Part shown: one piece after another, positions 1 to 9,693 of the stretch
How the letters are laid out: the number at the start of each line of letters is the position of its first letter
Numbering within the stretch: the stretch's first letter is position 1
Origin: Candidatus Heimdallarchaeota archaeon
Lineage (GTDB): Archaea > Asgardarchaeota > Heimdallarchaeia > JABLTI01
Reading direction: 5' to 3'
DNA length: 64,000 bases
Assembly (NCBI GenBank): GCA_018238155.1
Contig: JABCTZ010000012.1
Span: forward strand, 1 to 64,000
Translations under genes and position numbers: made by a program
The notes under the pieces: model-generated
What the model saw: only the letters and a program-made list of their open reading frames with translations
Databases searched by the model: none
Told to the model about the DNA's origin: nothing

Positions 1-2
1 CT

Positions 3-725
3 GGATTTAGTGTTGATAAAAAAGTTCAAAGTGCAGGACCTCATGCCCTGTTTATCTACTATCTCTGGAACTCGGGTGGTGCAGGTGGTACTTGGGCTGG
101 AGATAATCCGAAGAATTATTTTGTCAATGGTTATGGAAACGTAAAAGCAGGCTTATGGCGCTTTAGTCAAACCTCAAGCAATATCCCCGTCCTTATTAAT
201 CCGATAATTGCCTGGGACGATCGCACTTGGAGTATACCAGCTAATTTGCATGATACTGGAACTATAATGTCTAATGGAGTAAATCACATAGAAGATAAAC
301 TGAAAATTTCAAGCTGGAGTAAATTACTAGATAGTTCATGTCATAAACAATGTGGATTTGACATTATCTTATTAGCTGCGGGTAGGCGAGGTAATGTTGC
401 AGGTATAGCTGATAAAAATGTCGCATTAGTATGTAAATGGAGGAGGGGTTTACCTTCTCTTAGTCCTTTCTGGCAGAGTAATATTGATGGGACAGTTCAA
501 CATGAAGTGTCTCATTTGTTTGGAACCAAAGATGTACCTGGTCATGCCAGAGTTGCTTGTATTATGTCTTATTGGGAAACGTGTATATGGCGTCCTGATT
601 GGTATAGATCCTATCTTTATGAGTATATGTGGGGTGAACCATGCCAAACTAATAACTGGCATAGTGCTTGTCGTTGTCAGATTGATTTTCTAGCTCACTG
701 GGATCGAGTCTATGATATTTGTTAG
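3..725 (+). CDS. Zinc metallopeptidase, metzincin-like (5' end lies outside the window)
   Basis: Frame is open from position 3 (GFSVDKKVQ...), upstream of the ORF-track start at 246. Contains HEVSHLFGTKD (HExxHxxGxxD) and a Met-turn-like CIMSY. Confidence 0.75.
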   Translation, partial: GFSVDKKVQSAGPHALFIYYLWNSGGAGGTWAGDNPKNYFVNGYGNVKAGLWRFSQTSSNIPVLINPIIAWDDRTWSIPANLHDTGTIMSNGVNHIEDKLKISSWSKLLDSSCHKQCGFDIILLAAGRRGNVAGIADKNVALVCKWRRGLPSLSPFWQSNIDGTVQHEVSHLFGTKDVPGHARVACIMSYWETCIWRPDWYRSYLYEYMWGEPCQTNNWHSACRCQIDFLAHWDRVYDIC

Positions 726-801
726 CTAAATGAAATTGAAGAATATAAATTGATGAATCGATATTTACAAGAAAAAAAAAACAAAATAAGAGGAAAAAAA
801 C

Positions 802-1416
802 ATGCACAAAAAGGAAATAAAGAACAAAAAAATTCATTTGAAAAACATAATAAAAACTATGTTTGTAATAGTCTTGATGGTATTTTTTATTTCGCCAAGC
901 ACTTCTATTACACATTGTTTTTTAGACACACCTGAAAATACTTCGACAAGGACTATCTTAAGACCTTCTGAATTAAAGACTAGAGCAATAATATCTGAAG
1001 AACTATTTGTGAATAATTTCACCACTATATTAGATACAAACCCCTATCCTCGTAACTCAATCATTCATATCAATATCACTGTTCTACCACAATCGAATGC
1101 AAGTGTTGAAATTCTTTTTGATGGTGATGATGATAATGTTTCTCCTAAACTTACAAACTTTACTCTTGCACCTGGGGAATCGTTTGCTGAGAATTATACT
1201 TGCATAATTGGAACCATTTGTGGAATAACTTATCTTTGTCATTGTACACTCGATAATTCTAATGCAACTATTTTTTGGTTGTATGAGGTACTTTATTTAG
1301 CAGAAATGTCAGTATTCATTGGCGTGGAATTTCTATTCATTGGAGGAGCATTTATCCTTTCAACAATGGTTCTAGTGTTCATTACAAAAAAGAAATCCAA
1401 TAAGAAGAATAAGTGA
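802..1416 (+). CDS. Hypothetical membrane-anchored protein
   Basis: 204 aa; N-terminal hydrophobic segment and C-terminal TM helix followed by a Lys-rich tail. Confidence 0.6.
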   Translation: MHKKEIKNKKIHLKNIIKTMFVIVLMVFFISPSTSITHCFLDTPENTSTRTILRPSELKTRAIISEELFVNNFTTILDTNPYPRNSIIHINITVLPQSNASVEILFDGDDDNVSPKLTNFTLAPGESFAENYTCIIGTICGITYLCHCTLDNSNATIFWLYEVLYLAEMSVFIGVEFLFIGGAFILSTMVLVFITKKKSNKKNK

Positions 1417-1810
1417 TCATTCTCTCTCTTTTGTTTTTAAACAATTGCTTTTGAGATTTCCAGTAGCAAACAGCGAAAATAAAAATGGTGTGGGAAAATG
1501 GTTTAGCAGTTAACTTTGTTTATAGAGAAAAATATCTGAGAAGGATTTTTTTCTAATACTTTTGTTTATCACTAGAGAAAAAGTATTGATAATCGACAAG
1601 TCTACTTGTACTCAAAGAGAAAAGTAAGGAAAAAAGAATTTTGAAGATTGTTCAAACCACTACTACATCTAATATGAAGATAGGAAAACCCCACTCCACT
1701 GTTCCTTGTGGGCTCAGATATGAACTGCAATAACAACCTTGTTGTTGTAGTGACTTGTATTATAGATAAAATATTTAGGTTTGTTCAATTTGTCTATGAA
1801 AAAATAATGA

Positions 1811-2542
1811 TTAAAATAATTTTGTTTGTTTGGTCTTTTCAATTAATTCAGCAATGCATCGCTCACCTTGATTTCTAGGTGAGTTAACAAATGTTGAGAT
1901 AGGATAAGCTGTCATAGCAGAAGCAGTGTAAGGTTTTAGCAATGATTTTATTTTTTCCGTTTCTTGGATGGTTGGGTTTAACCACAAATCAAAGTCTTTT
2001 GGCTCAATAATCAGTGGCATTCGTTTGTGAATGGGTTTCACAATTTCATTAGGAGCGGTGGTAAGGATAGAACACGATTCCAAAACCTTGCCTTGAGGAC
2101 TAGTCCATGTATCCCAGATTCCTCCTAAAGCAAATGGTTGTTTGTCAGTTAATTGAATGAAAAACGGTTTTTTCCCTTCTTTTTGCTTTTGCCATTCATA
2201 GAACCCATCGACAGGAATGAGACATCGATGTTTTTTGAATGCTTCACGAAAGGTTGGTTTCTCGGCAACAGTTTCTGATCGTGCATTTATTGCCTTGGTG
2301 CCAATTTGAGGGTCTTTTGCCCAGAAAGGAATTAGACCCCAACGAAAAGCAGTAACTTCTTTAGAGAATTCTCTCAGTGAAGCACTTCTTTGTTGAGCAT
2401 CTCGAATAATAATTCCTCTAACAGCAAAAACATCCTGACCTGGTGTGATATTATACTGAGGCACTAAATTAAGGAATTCGTCTAATTGAAAGAGCATCCG
2501 AAATATATGTGCCGGAGAAAATCGGGCAAATCTTCCACACAT
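1811..2542 (-). CDS. SRAP family (HMCES/YedK-like) abasic-site processing protein
   Basis: True start at MCGRF (catalytic Cys2, ATG at 2542). Motifs WGLIPFW, INARSET, GFYEW, IHKRMP. Confidence 0.93.
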   Translation of the reverse strand: MCGRFARFSPAHIFRMLFQLDEFLNLVPQYNITPGQDVFAVRGIIIRDAQQRSASLREFSKEVTAFRWGLIPFWAKDPQIGTKAINARSETVAEKPTFREAFKKHRCLIPVDGFYEWQKQKEGKKPFFIQLTDKQPFALGGIWDTWTSPQGKVLESCSILTTAPNEIVKPIHKRMPLIIEPKDFDLWLNPTIQETEKIKSLLKPYTASAMTAYPISTFVNSPRNQGERCIAELIEKTKQTKLF

Positions 2543-2626
2543 TTTTATCATCTCAATAGTTCTATCTAATAATAGACATTTCTTCTTTATATTCAATACG
2601 ATAAAGAAATCGTGTTTTCTTCGATT

Positions 2627-3259
2627 TTAGTGATAACAGATAGTACTATTGGTTCGTTCTGCTATCTCAAGAAATGTTGCTTGCGATTCATCTGAAGAAT
2701 AGTCAAAGGGGCAAACATCATTGGAATATTTTCTAACAGTGAAATGAATATGAGGAAATTCGCCACCGTTGAGAAGAAGACCAATTTCATCACCAACTTC
2801 AACTCTTTGACTGAATTTGACATAGATATTGGATAATTGAGTTTCGTGAAATTCAGTGGAATTGGAATACGGCTCAAAAACAATCATAATTGACCATACA
2901 AGATTTATTCTAATATTTATGCTAATCATAATGTGTCCTTTGTTTGTGTTGACTGAAGAGGAAATCAATCCGACTGTCCCAGTACAAGGTGAAATCACTT
3001 TTGAAGCATTTTCAATTTTAAGATCGATGCCTGTATGATGCCCTCCATCAGATTCTTCCTCAATGAGATTGTAACCTCTAAGCCAGATGATATCATCCGG
3101 ATTTTCAAAAGGAAACTCAAGAACGGGAGTGCCATATGCTGGGTCCCATTTCATCATAAAAGGTAGTGTTGGAATAATTATTCCAGTTACTAGTAAAATC
3201 GAACCAAGTAATATGAGGGTAATTTTAATACTTTTTTTCATCTTGACCGACCTAATCAT
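2627..3259 (-). CDS. M23-family peptidase with N-terminal TM anchor
   Basis: HTGID (HxxxD) and PHIHF (HxH) zinc motifs, VEVGDEIG, N-terminal TM helix. Confidence 0.8.
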   Translation of the reverse strand: MIRSVKMKKSIKITLILLGSILLVTGIIIPTLPFMMKWDPAYGTPVLEFPFENPDDIIWLRGYNLIEEESDGGHHTGIDLKIENASKVISPCTGTVGLISSSVNTNKGHIMISINIRINLVWSIMIVFEPYSNSTEFHETQLSNIYVKFSQRVEVGDEIGLLLNGGEFPHIHFTVRKYSNDVCPFDYSSDESQATFLEIAERTNSTICYH

Positions 3260-3266
3260 TCAGTGC

Positions 3267-4652
3267 TCAAGGTTTGAACTTTCGTTTATCAACTAGTCTT
3301 CTTCTTTTGATGTTATTATTAGGTAATTTATTAACAATGATAATTTGAGGTTTGTTTAGTGTTTTTGTAGTTTCAATATCGACTTTTATTGAGTCGAGGG
3401 AATAGAGTTTATCAATGATTTTTTGCTCGAGACTTTTAGAGCCATTCTTAGTTAGAATATATACTTTCATAGTATCTCTTTCATCTTCTCTAATAATCTC
3501 TATCCAATAATCTTGAACTTCAGTTATTGAATCAAATAATTTGTCGAAAACGATGGGATAGTATTTTTCGGCTGCACCAATAATTACTCTATCATCAGCT
3601 CTTCCCTTAATATAATCAATTCTCGGTAACTTCATTCCACACTCACAATTACCAAGAATGATTCGGGAAATATCTCCAGTGCGATACCTAATTAATGGCA
3701 TAGCTTCTCGGCTCAGTGAGGTTAAAACTAGCTCGCCCCATTCTCCATCTTCAACTAATTCCTCTGTTTGAGGGTCAATTATTTCCAAAATTGAACTAGG
3801 AAAAACATGATAACCATTATGAGCTTTGCATTCGGAACCAATACCACCACCGAATTCATTCAAGCCATAATTCAGAAAAACTTCTCCACCTAATCTTTCT
3901 TCGATGATCTTTCTACGATGTTCTGGTAAACCTTCCCCACCCATCATAATTGCCTTCATTTTTCCCTTGCTTCGTTCTGATAAGCCTATTTCTTTAGCAA
4001 GATTGTAAACATAAGAAGGTGTGCCAAAAATAACTGTTGTTTCAAATTCTTCGATAAATTTCTTTTGATCTTGGAAATTCATATAATTGCCTGTTGGTAA
4101 AACCACTATCTCGAGTGTTCTAAGTGCATCTTGAATATGACTTGCCAATGCCCAAACACCATATGAATAAACAATTTGGGCAATATCTGAAGGATTAATG
4201 CCACAGTTTATCATACCTAAAATATAGCTATATTTTAGACGCTGAAGATCATTTTTGCTATTAAAGATTGTCTTTTTGTTTCCTGTTGTTCCATAGGTGA
4301 AATGAACTGAAATTACTTCAGATTTAGGGATTGCTAAAAAATCTTCAGAATTTGCGGATACAGCTGCAGAAGTCGTAAATGGAAGTGTTCTTAAAATGGA
4401 ATAGACATTCTTACGGTCTAATTTTCGTATATATTTAGGAAGCGTTTTTCTATAGTAGGGTGAATTTATTGCACTGTGTCTTAAGATATTGACTGCATTG
4501 ACCCTCTTTGAGAATTCTGATTGGTTAATATCTACTGTGGAAATTTTTCTTTGCACTCTATCCAAATCTAGCTTGTCTATCAACTGTCTGAATTGTCGTA
4601 ATCTTCTATTGATAAAATAGGTGAGTATTTTTTGTGAGGTCATGTTTATCAA
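3267..4652 (-). CDS. Phenylacetate-CoA ligase family (PaaK-like) adenylate-forming enzyme
   Basis: TYGTTG, GTPSY, YGLNE, GELVLT, PLIRYRTGD, GRADD. Confidence 0.85.
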   Translation of the reverse strand: MINMTSQKILTYFINRRLRQFRQLIDKLDLDRVQRKISTVDINQSEFSKRVNAVNILRHSAINSPYYRKTLPKYIRKLDRKNVYSILRTLPFTTSAAVSANSEDFLAIPKSEVISVHFTYGTTGNKKTIFNSKNDLQRLKYSYILGMINCGINPSDIAQIVYSYGVWALASHIQDALRTLEIVVLPTGNYMNFQDQKKFIEEFETTVIFGTPSYVYNLAKEIGLSERSKGKMKAIMMGGEGLPEHRRKIIEERLGGEVFLNYGLNEFGGGIGSECKAHNGYHVFPSSILEIIDPQTEELVEDGEWGELVLTSLSREAMPLIRYRTGDISRIILGNCECGMKLPRIDYIKGRADDRVIIGAAEKYYPIVFDKLFDSITEVQDYWIEIIREDERDTMKVYILTKNGSKSLEQKIIDKLYSLDSIKVDIETTKTLNKPQIIIVNKLPNNNIKRRRLVDKRKFKP

Positions 4653-4766
4653 CCAACATCTAAATTATTAAGTATAACAAATATAACTATAATGAAATAT
4701 ACTATAACAAGAATGAATAGGTAAACAATTTAAATTATTCTTTAATTTTATGTTTGGTGATGTAAA

Positions 4767-6227
4767 ATGTTTGATTTTCAAGAACGATTTAAACAGCATG
4801 AGAAGAAGTTGACTGAAACTGATTACTTTCAAAGGGCATATACTTCTGCTCTTTATCATGATAACTGGAAAAAACATGTTGCTGATATAAGTAAACTAAA
4901 AGGTTTCAAAGGGCTTCGAGATTTGCCTTTTACAAGTGCGGATGACTTGCGAAGAATATGGGAAGCACACACAATCGAAGAAATAATACTGACCGATATA
5001 GTTGCTTGGTGGTACTGTACTTCAGGTTCAATGGGTAATAAGAAATGGATTCCTTGGACATATGCGGATTATACTCTAGCACAAGGAGCAATAGGCAAAG
5101 TCATTTTACAGTATCTAAAGCCAGAAGATAGATTGATGTCAATTATATTACCTCCGCCTTTTCTATCTGGTAGTTCACCATTTCGCATTCTAGATGGGAC
5201 AGCATCTTTAGGTCATCCAATTGAGCAATTGGCAATGGCTCCAGAGTATATACAAGACAGCTTTGGTTTGTTAATGAGACGGCAACCAACAGCAATTCTA
5301 GGTACACCTTCATTCATGTTACGTATTGCCGATGAAATAGCACAAAATGCACCTGCAATTCTTAGTAAGCAAGCTAAAGCGAAGAAAAGTACAAAATTAC
5401 GTATTGTTTCAGCAGTTACAAAAGTCCTCAAAGTAAAACCAAAACAAATCTTCAAAAAAATGCGTGTCGGATTCTTTGGTGCAGAACCATTAGATCCTTT
5501 CAGAAAAGCAATAGAAGATCAATGGGGACTTGAAGCATTTGATATCTATGCTTTCACAGAAGGGTTTGGTTCAGGGTATGAATGCTCCGAGCATTATGGT
5601 TTACACTTTCCGAATATAAATGGTATAATTGAGATTATTCCAGAAAAAGAATTAGAAAAAGAGGAGAAAGATTCAAACTACAAACCTGAAACGGTCATAA
5701 TACATGAGGCAGAGGTTGGTTTGAAAGGTGAAATCGTCTTAACAGATTTCAAGGATGCATTACCTTTAGTAAAATATCGAATTAGAGATTTAGTAGAAGT
5801 AGTAGCTGTTGGTGATTGCAGTTGTGGAGACGATTCTCCACGGTTGAAAATCCATGGAAGAACTGATAATGTGATTAATCTTGGTGTTATCAGATTGTCA
5901 TCCATAATCTTTAATCAATACTTAAGGAAAGATTTCAAATCAGGTGAAGTGAAACTCTGGGAAGTACTCGTCTCTCGAGTTGGGTACAAACCAAAAATAT
6001 CCCTAACTGTTGAACCTGAATTCATTAAGAATGAAGAGGAATTCAGAAAAGATCTCTTCGAGTCTCTACATAGCTTCGACATATTCCAAAGAGGATATGA
6101 TAACGAATTGTTCATCTTCGATGAAATAAAATTCGTAGATAATTTGAAACTAGAAATATACGGGCAAGGAAAAAGTAGGACTATTCAATATGACCCTGGA
6201 TACTTCAAAGAAATCAAATTCAAATAA
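4767..6227 (+). CDS. Phenylacetate-CoA ligase family enzyme (divergent paralog)
   Basis: TSGSMG, GTPSF, GAEP, YAFTE, PLVKYRIRD, GRTD. Confidence 0.8.
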   Translation: MFDFQERFKQHEKKLTETDYFQRAYTSALYHDNWKKHVADISKLKGFKGLRDLPFTSADDLRRIWEAHTIEEIILTDIVAWWYCTSGSMGNKKWIPWTYADYTLAQGAIGKVILQYLKPEDRLMSIILPPPFLSGSSPFRILDGTASLGHPIEQLAMAPEYIQDSFGLLMRRQPTAILGTPSFMLRIADEIAQNAPAILSKQAKAKKSTKLRIVSAVTKVLKVKPKQIFKKMRVGFFGAEPLDPFRKAIEDQWGLEAFDIYAFTEGFGSGYECSEHYGLHFPNINGIIEIIPEKELEKEEKDSNYKPETVIIHEAEVGLKGEIVLTDFKDALPLVKYRIRDLVEVVAVGDCSCGDDSPRLKIHGRTDNVINLGVIRLSSIIFNQYLRKDFKSGEVKLWEVLVSRVGYKPKISLTVEPEFIKNEEEFRKDLFESLHSFDIFQRGYDNELFIFDEIKFVDNLKLEIYGQGKSRTIQYDPGYFKEIKFK

Positions 6228-6228
6228 T

Positions 6229-6252
6229 TAACCAGATGAAATAATCTGGTTA
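6229..6252. terminator. Hairpin between convergent genes (possible bidirectional terminator)
   Basis: Perfect 9-bp inverted repeat TAACCAGAT-N6-ATCTGGTTA between the two stop codons. Confidence 0.5.
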
Positions 6253-7131
6253 CATTTCACTTATTTTGAAAACTTGAAATTGACAATGTTTGTCACCGGT
6301 AGCATGACAAGCAATTTCTCGAACAGAAATTTGTGGATTATTATAAGCTCCTTCGATAAAACCAGCAACAAAATCACAATCAAATACTTTTGTTTCACGC
6401 CCTCTGCAGAATGGGCATATTTGAAGGGTAATTATATTGTCATTGCATGAACAGATGCTTATTTCGTTGAGGATTTTCATTATTGCTTTATCATTTGTTT
6501 TCTTTTTGATCTTCTTCTCTGCTACATCTTTGCCAACTTCAATACCAAGTTTGTGCATTGTATAATGCATTTCTTCTTCAGGAAGCTCTTTCTGGAAATT
6601 TCTAGTCATTCTTATTGTTGCTTCTGGAAATTTATCAACCAATTCTTCCGAGAAATTACTGAGCTTCTCGATAGCTTCGATGGAAATACTTGGAGGAATA
6701 TTTGCTAAGAGATTAGGATTATTTCTGACTATATTTTCACACATTTGAACTATTTTGCGAACCTTATCCGCAAAAGGGAAGAAGATATCCCTGCGAACTG
6801 TACCATCAAAGTTCTTTAGCTCCTCCTGATACTCCTTAACAAATTCTCGATAAAGCAAAGCAACAATATGCTCTGCTATTGTTTCATCATCATCTATTGA
6901 TATTTTTGCGACAGTGATTAGATTTTCCATCACCTCATAGACAAAAATATGCTCTTCAATTTCTATTTTGGATAAATGACCTGCACCTAATTCAGATGTA
7001 AAAGCTACTATTGCACTAGAAAATCCTGCGAAAAGTTCTTCGGGTAGTTGGACAGTAAATGAATTCTCTTCTAATCTAATATGGAATAAGCTTAGACCAT
7101 CTCTCCGTAGAATAAAGAATTCATCTAGCAT
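6250..7131 (-). CDS. Longin-like domain fused to a V4R (Bet3/TRAPP-fold) domain
   Basis: N-terminal FILRRDGLSLF...LFAGFSSAIVAFTSEL...IEIEEHIFVY longin pattern. C-terminal CPFC...CDFVAGFIEG...EIACHATGDKHCQF V4R signature. Confidence 0.8.
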   Translation of the reverse strand: MLDEFFILRRDGLSLFHIRLEENSFTVQLPEELFAGFSSAIVAFTSELGAGHLSKIEIEEHIFVYEVMENLITVAKISIDDDETIAEHIVALLYREFVKEYQEELKNFDGTVRRDIFFPFADKVRKIVQMCENIVRNNPNLLANIPPSISIEAIEKLSNFSEELVDKFPEATIRMTRNFQKELPEEEMHYTMHKLGIEVGKDVAEKKIKKKTNDKAIMKILNEISICSCNDNIITLQICPFCRGRETKVFDCDFVAGFIEGAYNNPQISVREIACHATGDKHCQFQVFKISEM

Positions 7132-7206
7132 AGCTGTTCACGCATCAATTGTAGATAAAAAGTGGTTAAAAGGATTTTCAATGTACCTATTAACCTTTAC
7201 TGATAA

Positions 7207-7638
7207 TCAAAATTCATTGGTTGGAGTAGGTTCCATTTCTTTTGCAGGCTCTTCTTCGTTTTCTTGGGGCTCAACACCAAAGAGTCTTGCTGAAAAAGCA
7301 AAGAACCGGAAAAAGCCCACAACAAGAATAATAGCTCCAATGAGAAGAGTAACATCCTTAGTAACTTTCCAGAATTTATAGAAATTATTTGTAAACCAAA
7401 CAAATTCATCAAAGAGATTCATAATAGCATGAATAAAACCGAGAATGACAAAGATTAATGCTTCAATAAATCCATGTTTGAGCAAAATAGGTGTTTTTGA
7501 GGCGGCAATAAGTAAGACCACTAAAAGGAACATAAATGCAATTAACGCTAAGAATTCAAGGAGGATATCTCTAACAGCTGAAAAGTCAAAATCTGTAAGC
7601 CACCGCTCAACTACTGAAGCAAACATATAGGAGGACAT
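7207..7638 (-). CDS. Small 3-TM membrane protein
   Basis: Three hydrophobic segments and an acidic tail; similar to 7641..7997. Confidence 0.75.
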   Translation of the reverse strand: MSSYMFASVVERWLTDFDFSAVRDILLEFLALIAFMFLLVVLLIAASKTPILLKHGFIEALIFVILGFIHAIMNLFDEFVWFTNNFYKFWKVTKDVTLLIGAIILVVGFFRFFAFSARLFGVEPQENEEEPAKEMEPTPTNEF

Positions 7639-7640
7639 TT

Positions 7641-7997
7641 TTATCGTACCTCCCAGATTTTAGCTGTGTAAAGAGCAATACGTAACAACCCCACACCTAA
7701 TAGAATTAAACCAATAAAGAGAAATGATGCTTCCATACTGTCAAAAACATCTTTAGCAATACCTGAAGAAATGGTGTCTAGTCCATCAAATAATCCTTTT
7801 AAGGCAATTAATGGAGCGGCAATAACTAATTCAATCCAGCCATTATGTGTGAGCTGTGGAAATTTACCACGAAGCACGAAGAGTAGAACACTAATTATCG
7901 TAAAACCAATAAAAAGGCAAATCTCAACTGAAAACGTTAGAATATCTTTAGTCTCAAGAGCCCACTCAATTGCCATTAAATTTAGCATAAATATCAT
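7641..7997 (-). CDS. Small 3-TM membrane protein, paralog of the downstream gene
   Basis: Shared pattern (KFPQLTHNGWIE vs KTPILLKHGFIE); 2-nt gap to the next gene. Confidence 0.75.
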   Translation of the reverse strand: MIFMLNLMAIEWALETKDILTFSVEICLFIGFTIISVLLFVLRGKFPQLTHNGWIELVIAAPLIALKGLFDGLDTISSGIAKDVFDSMEASFLFIGLILLGVGLLRIALYTAKIWEVR

Positions 7998-8178
7998 CTG
8001 AAGTGCATTTGATAGTAGACTTTAAAATCCTTTCTTACTATAAATATATTTGTCGGGGTAAAACACCGAGAGATTTACAGAAAATGAATCAATTTATTTT
8101 TCTTTCCAAACGTTTAAATTCCATTGAATATTCAAATTCATTATAAATTATTTCTATTTAAAACTGAAGAGTGAATCT

Positions 8179-9678
8179 ATGAATTGCGATCAATCAAATA
8201 AGGGGAAATCTTTTGAAGAAACCGAAATAGATTCACTTACAATTGAAAAAAATGATTCAGCAATACTGCCAGAACCGTTTCAATCAGCTCTGGAAAATTC
8301 AGAGGAAATACAAGGACAAACAACACAATCTCCAAAACAAAGGTCACAGCTATTTTATTTGATATCTGCTGGAAGTGCGACAGGACAGCAATTTCTATTT
8401 AATTTCTTTTCTGCTTTTGCTGTGCTCGTTGGTGTTACACCAGTTCTTCTTGGTTTCATAACATCAATTCGAAATTTAATGAGCTCCGTATTCCAAGGAA
8501 TAATTGGAAAATTAAGTGATAAAATGGGTAGGCGTTATTTGCTTTTGTTGGGATTTTTCATGGCTTTCTCAAGCTTTGTTGTTCTAATGTTTGTAAATAA
8601 TGTAACAATGTTAATCATAATCTCTGTAATTCAAGCTTTCTCATTGAGCATTATCATTCCAGTTTGGAATGCTACGTTAGGTGATGTAACCGAAATAGAT
8701 GATAGAGCAAGTTATATGGGAAAATTGTCTGCAATGGGGACTGCAATCTCTGTAACTCTAATGCTAGGTTTAGCTGTCGTTTTTTATCTAGCAAGTGATG
8801 TATTTGACGGGTGGGTCATTCTCGGTTGGACTGTTTCAGTAGCAGAAAAAACTAAATATATCGTTGCTTTTGGTGTGGCTGCACTCAATTTCTTCTTGTG
8901 TTTATTAGGTGCATTTCTACTTCAAGAAACGAGAATAATTAAAGATAAAACGAAACCACAACCTAAGATGTTCCTTGCATTGAAAGATCCTACTTTTAGA
9001 AAATATTTCATAGTTAATTCTATATTTGGATTAATAATGGCTACAATGTGGCCTATATTTCCAATCGCTCAAATAGTCATATTAGAAATGACTTTTACAC
9101 AAATAGCAATAATAAATGCTATTTTCGCTGCCTGTGCAAGTTTAGCACAATATTTTGGTGGAAAACTAAGTGACAGAATTGGAAGAAAACCACTGATTAT
9201 TTTTAGTCGTGTTTCAATGTTTACTATACCAATAGTAATGATTGGAGCTATTTTTACAAATAATTGGTTGTTGCTTATCATTTCAAATGTAATAGGTGGA
9301 ACAGCAATAGGGGTAGTAAGTGTAGCTCATAATGCATACCTCTTAGATATTTCTCCAAGAGATCAAATGGGTGCATATTCCGGTTTGAATCAAGTGGGTT
9401 GGGGTATAGCAACTTTTATTGGTTCGTTATCCGCAGGATTCATTGCAACTGCAGTAGAAAATGCTGCTCCAGTTGAATTAGTTGGTGACGAAAGAACAAG
9501 ATACATGATATTAGTAATGTTTACTGCTATTGCCATTCTAAGATTTTTAGTTTCACTTGGCTTTTTCTTCATTAAAGAGAGTTTCAATAAAGAGTCTCGA
9601 GATGCTTTGAATGAACGAAGAAAAAATGGTTATCATCCAGAATATTCTAACGAAGACTCCTCTTCTCAAATGAAATAG
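8179..9678 (+). CDS. MFS transporter
   Basis: Motif A twice (GKLSDKMGRR, GKLSDRIGRK); about 12 TM. Confidence 0.92.
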   Translation: MNCDQSNKGKSFEETEIDSLTIEKNDSAILPEPFQSALENSEEIQGQTTQSPKQRSQLFYLISAGSATGQQFLFNFFSAFAVLVGVTPVLLGFITSIRNLMSSVFQGIIGKLSDKMGRRYLLLLGFFMAFSSFVVLMFVNNVTMLIIISVIQAFSLSIIIPVWNATLGDVTEIDDRASYMGKLSAMGTAISVTLMLGLAVVFYLASDVFDGWVILGWTVSVAEKTKYIVAFGVAALNFFLCLLGAFLLQETRIIKDKTKPQPKMFLALKDPTFRKYFIVNSIFGLIMATMWPIFPIAQIVILEMTFTQIAIINAIFAACASLAQYFGGKLSDRIGRKPLIIFSRVSMFTIPIVMIGAIFTNNWLLLIISNVIGGTAIGVVSVAHNAYLLDISPRDQMGAYSGLNQVGWGIATFIGSLSAGFIATAVENAAPVELVGDERTRYMILVMFTAIAILRFLVSLGFFFIKESFNKESRDALNERRKNGYHPEYSNEDSSSQMK

Positions 9679-9693
9679 TTAGTCAAATTTCAG

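Noticed and set aside
1417-1810. Loosely repeated AGAGAAAA motifs and short palindromes in the intergenic region
   Set aside because: Too short, irregularly spaced and expected by chance in AT-rich DNA.
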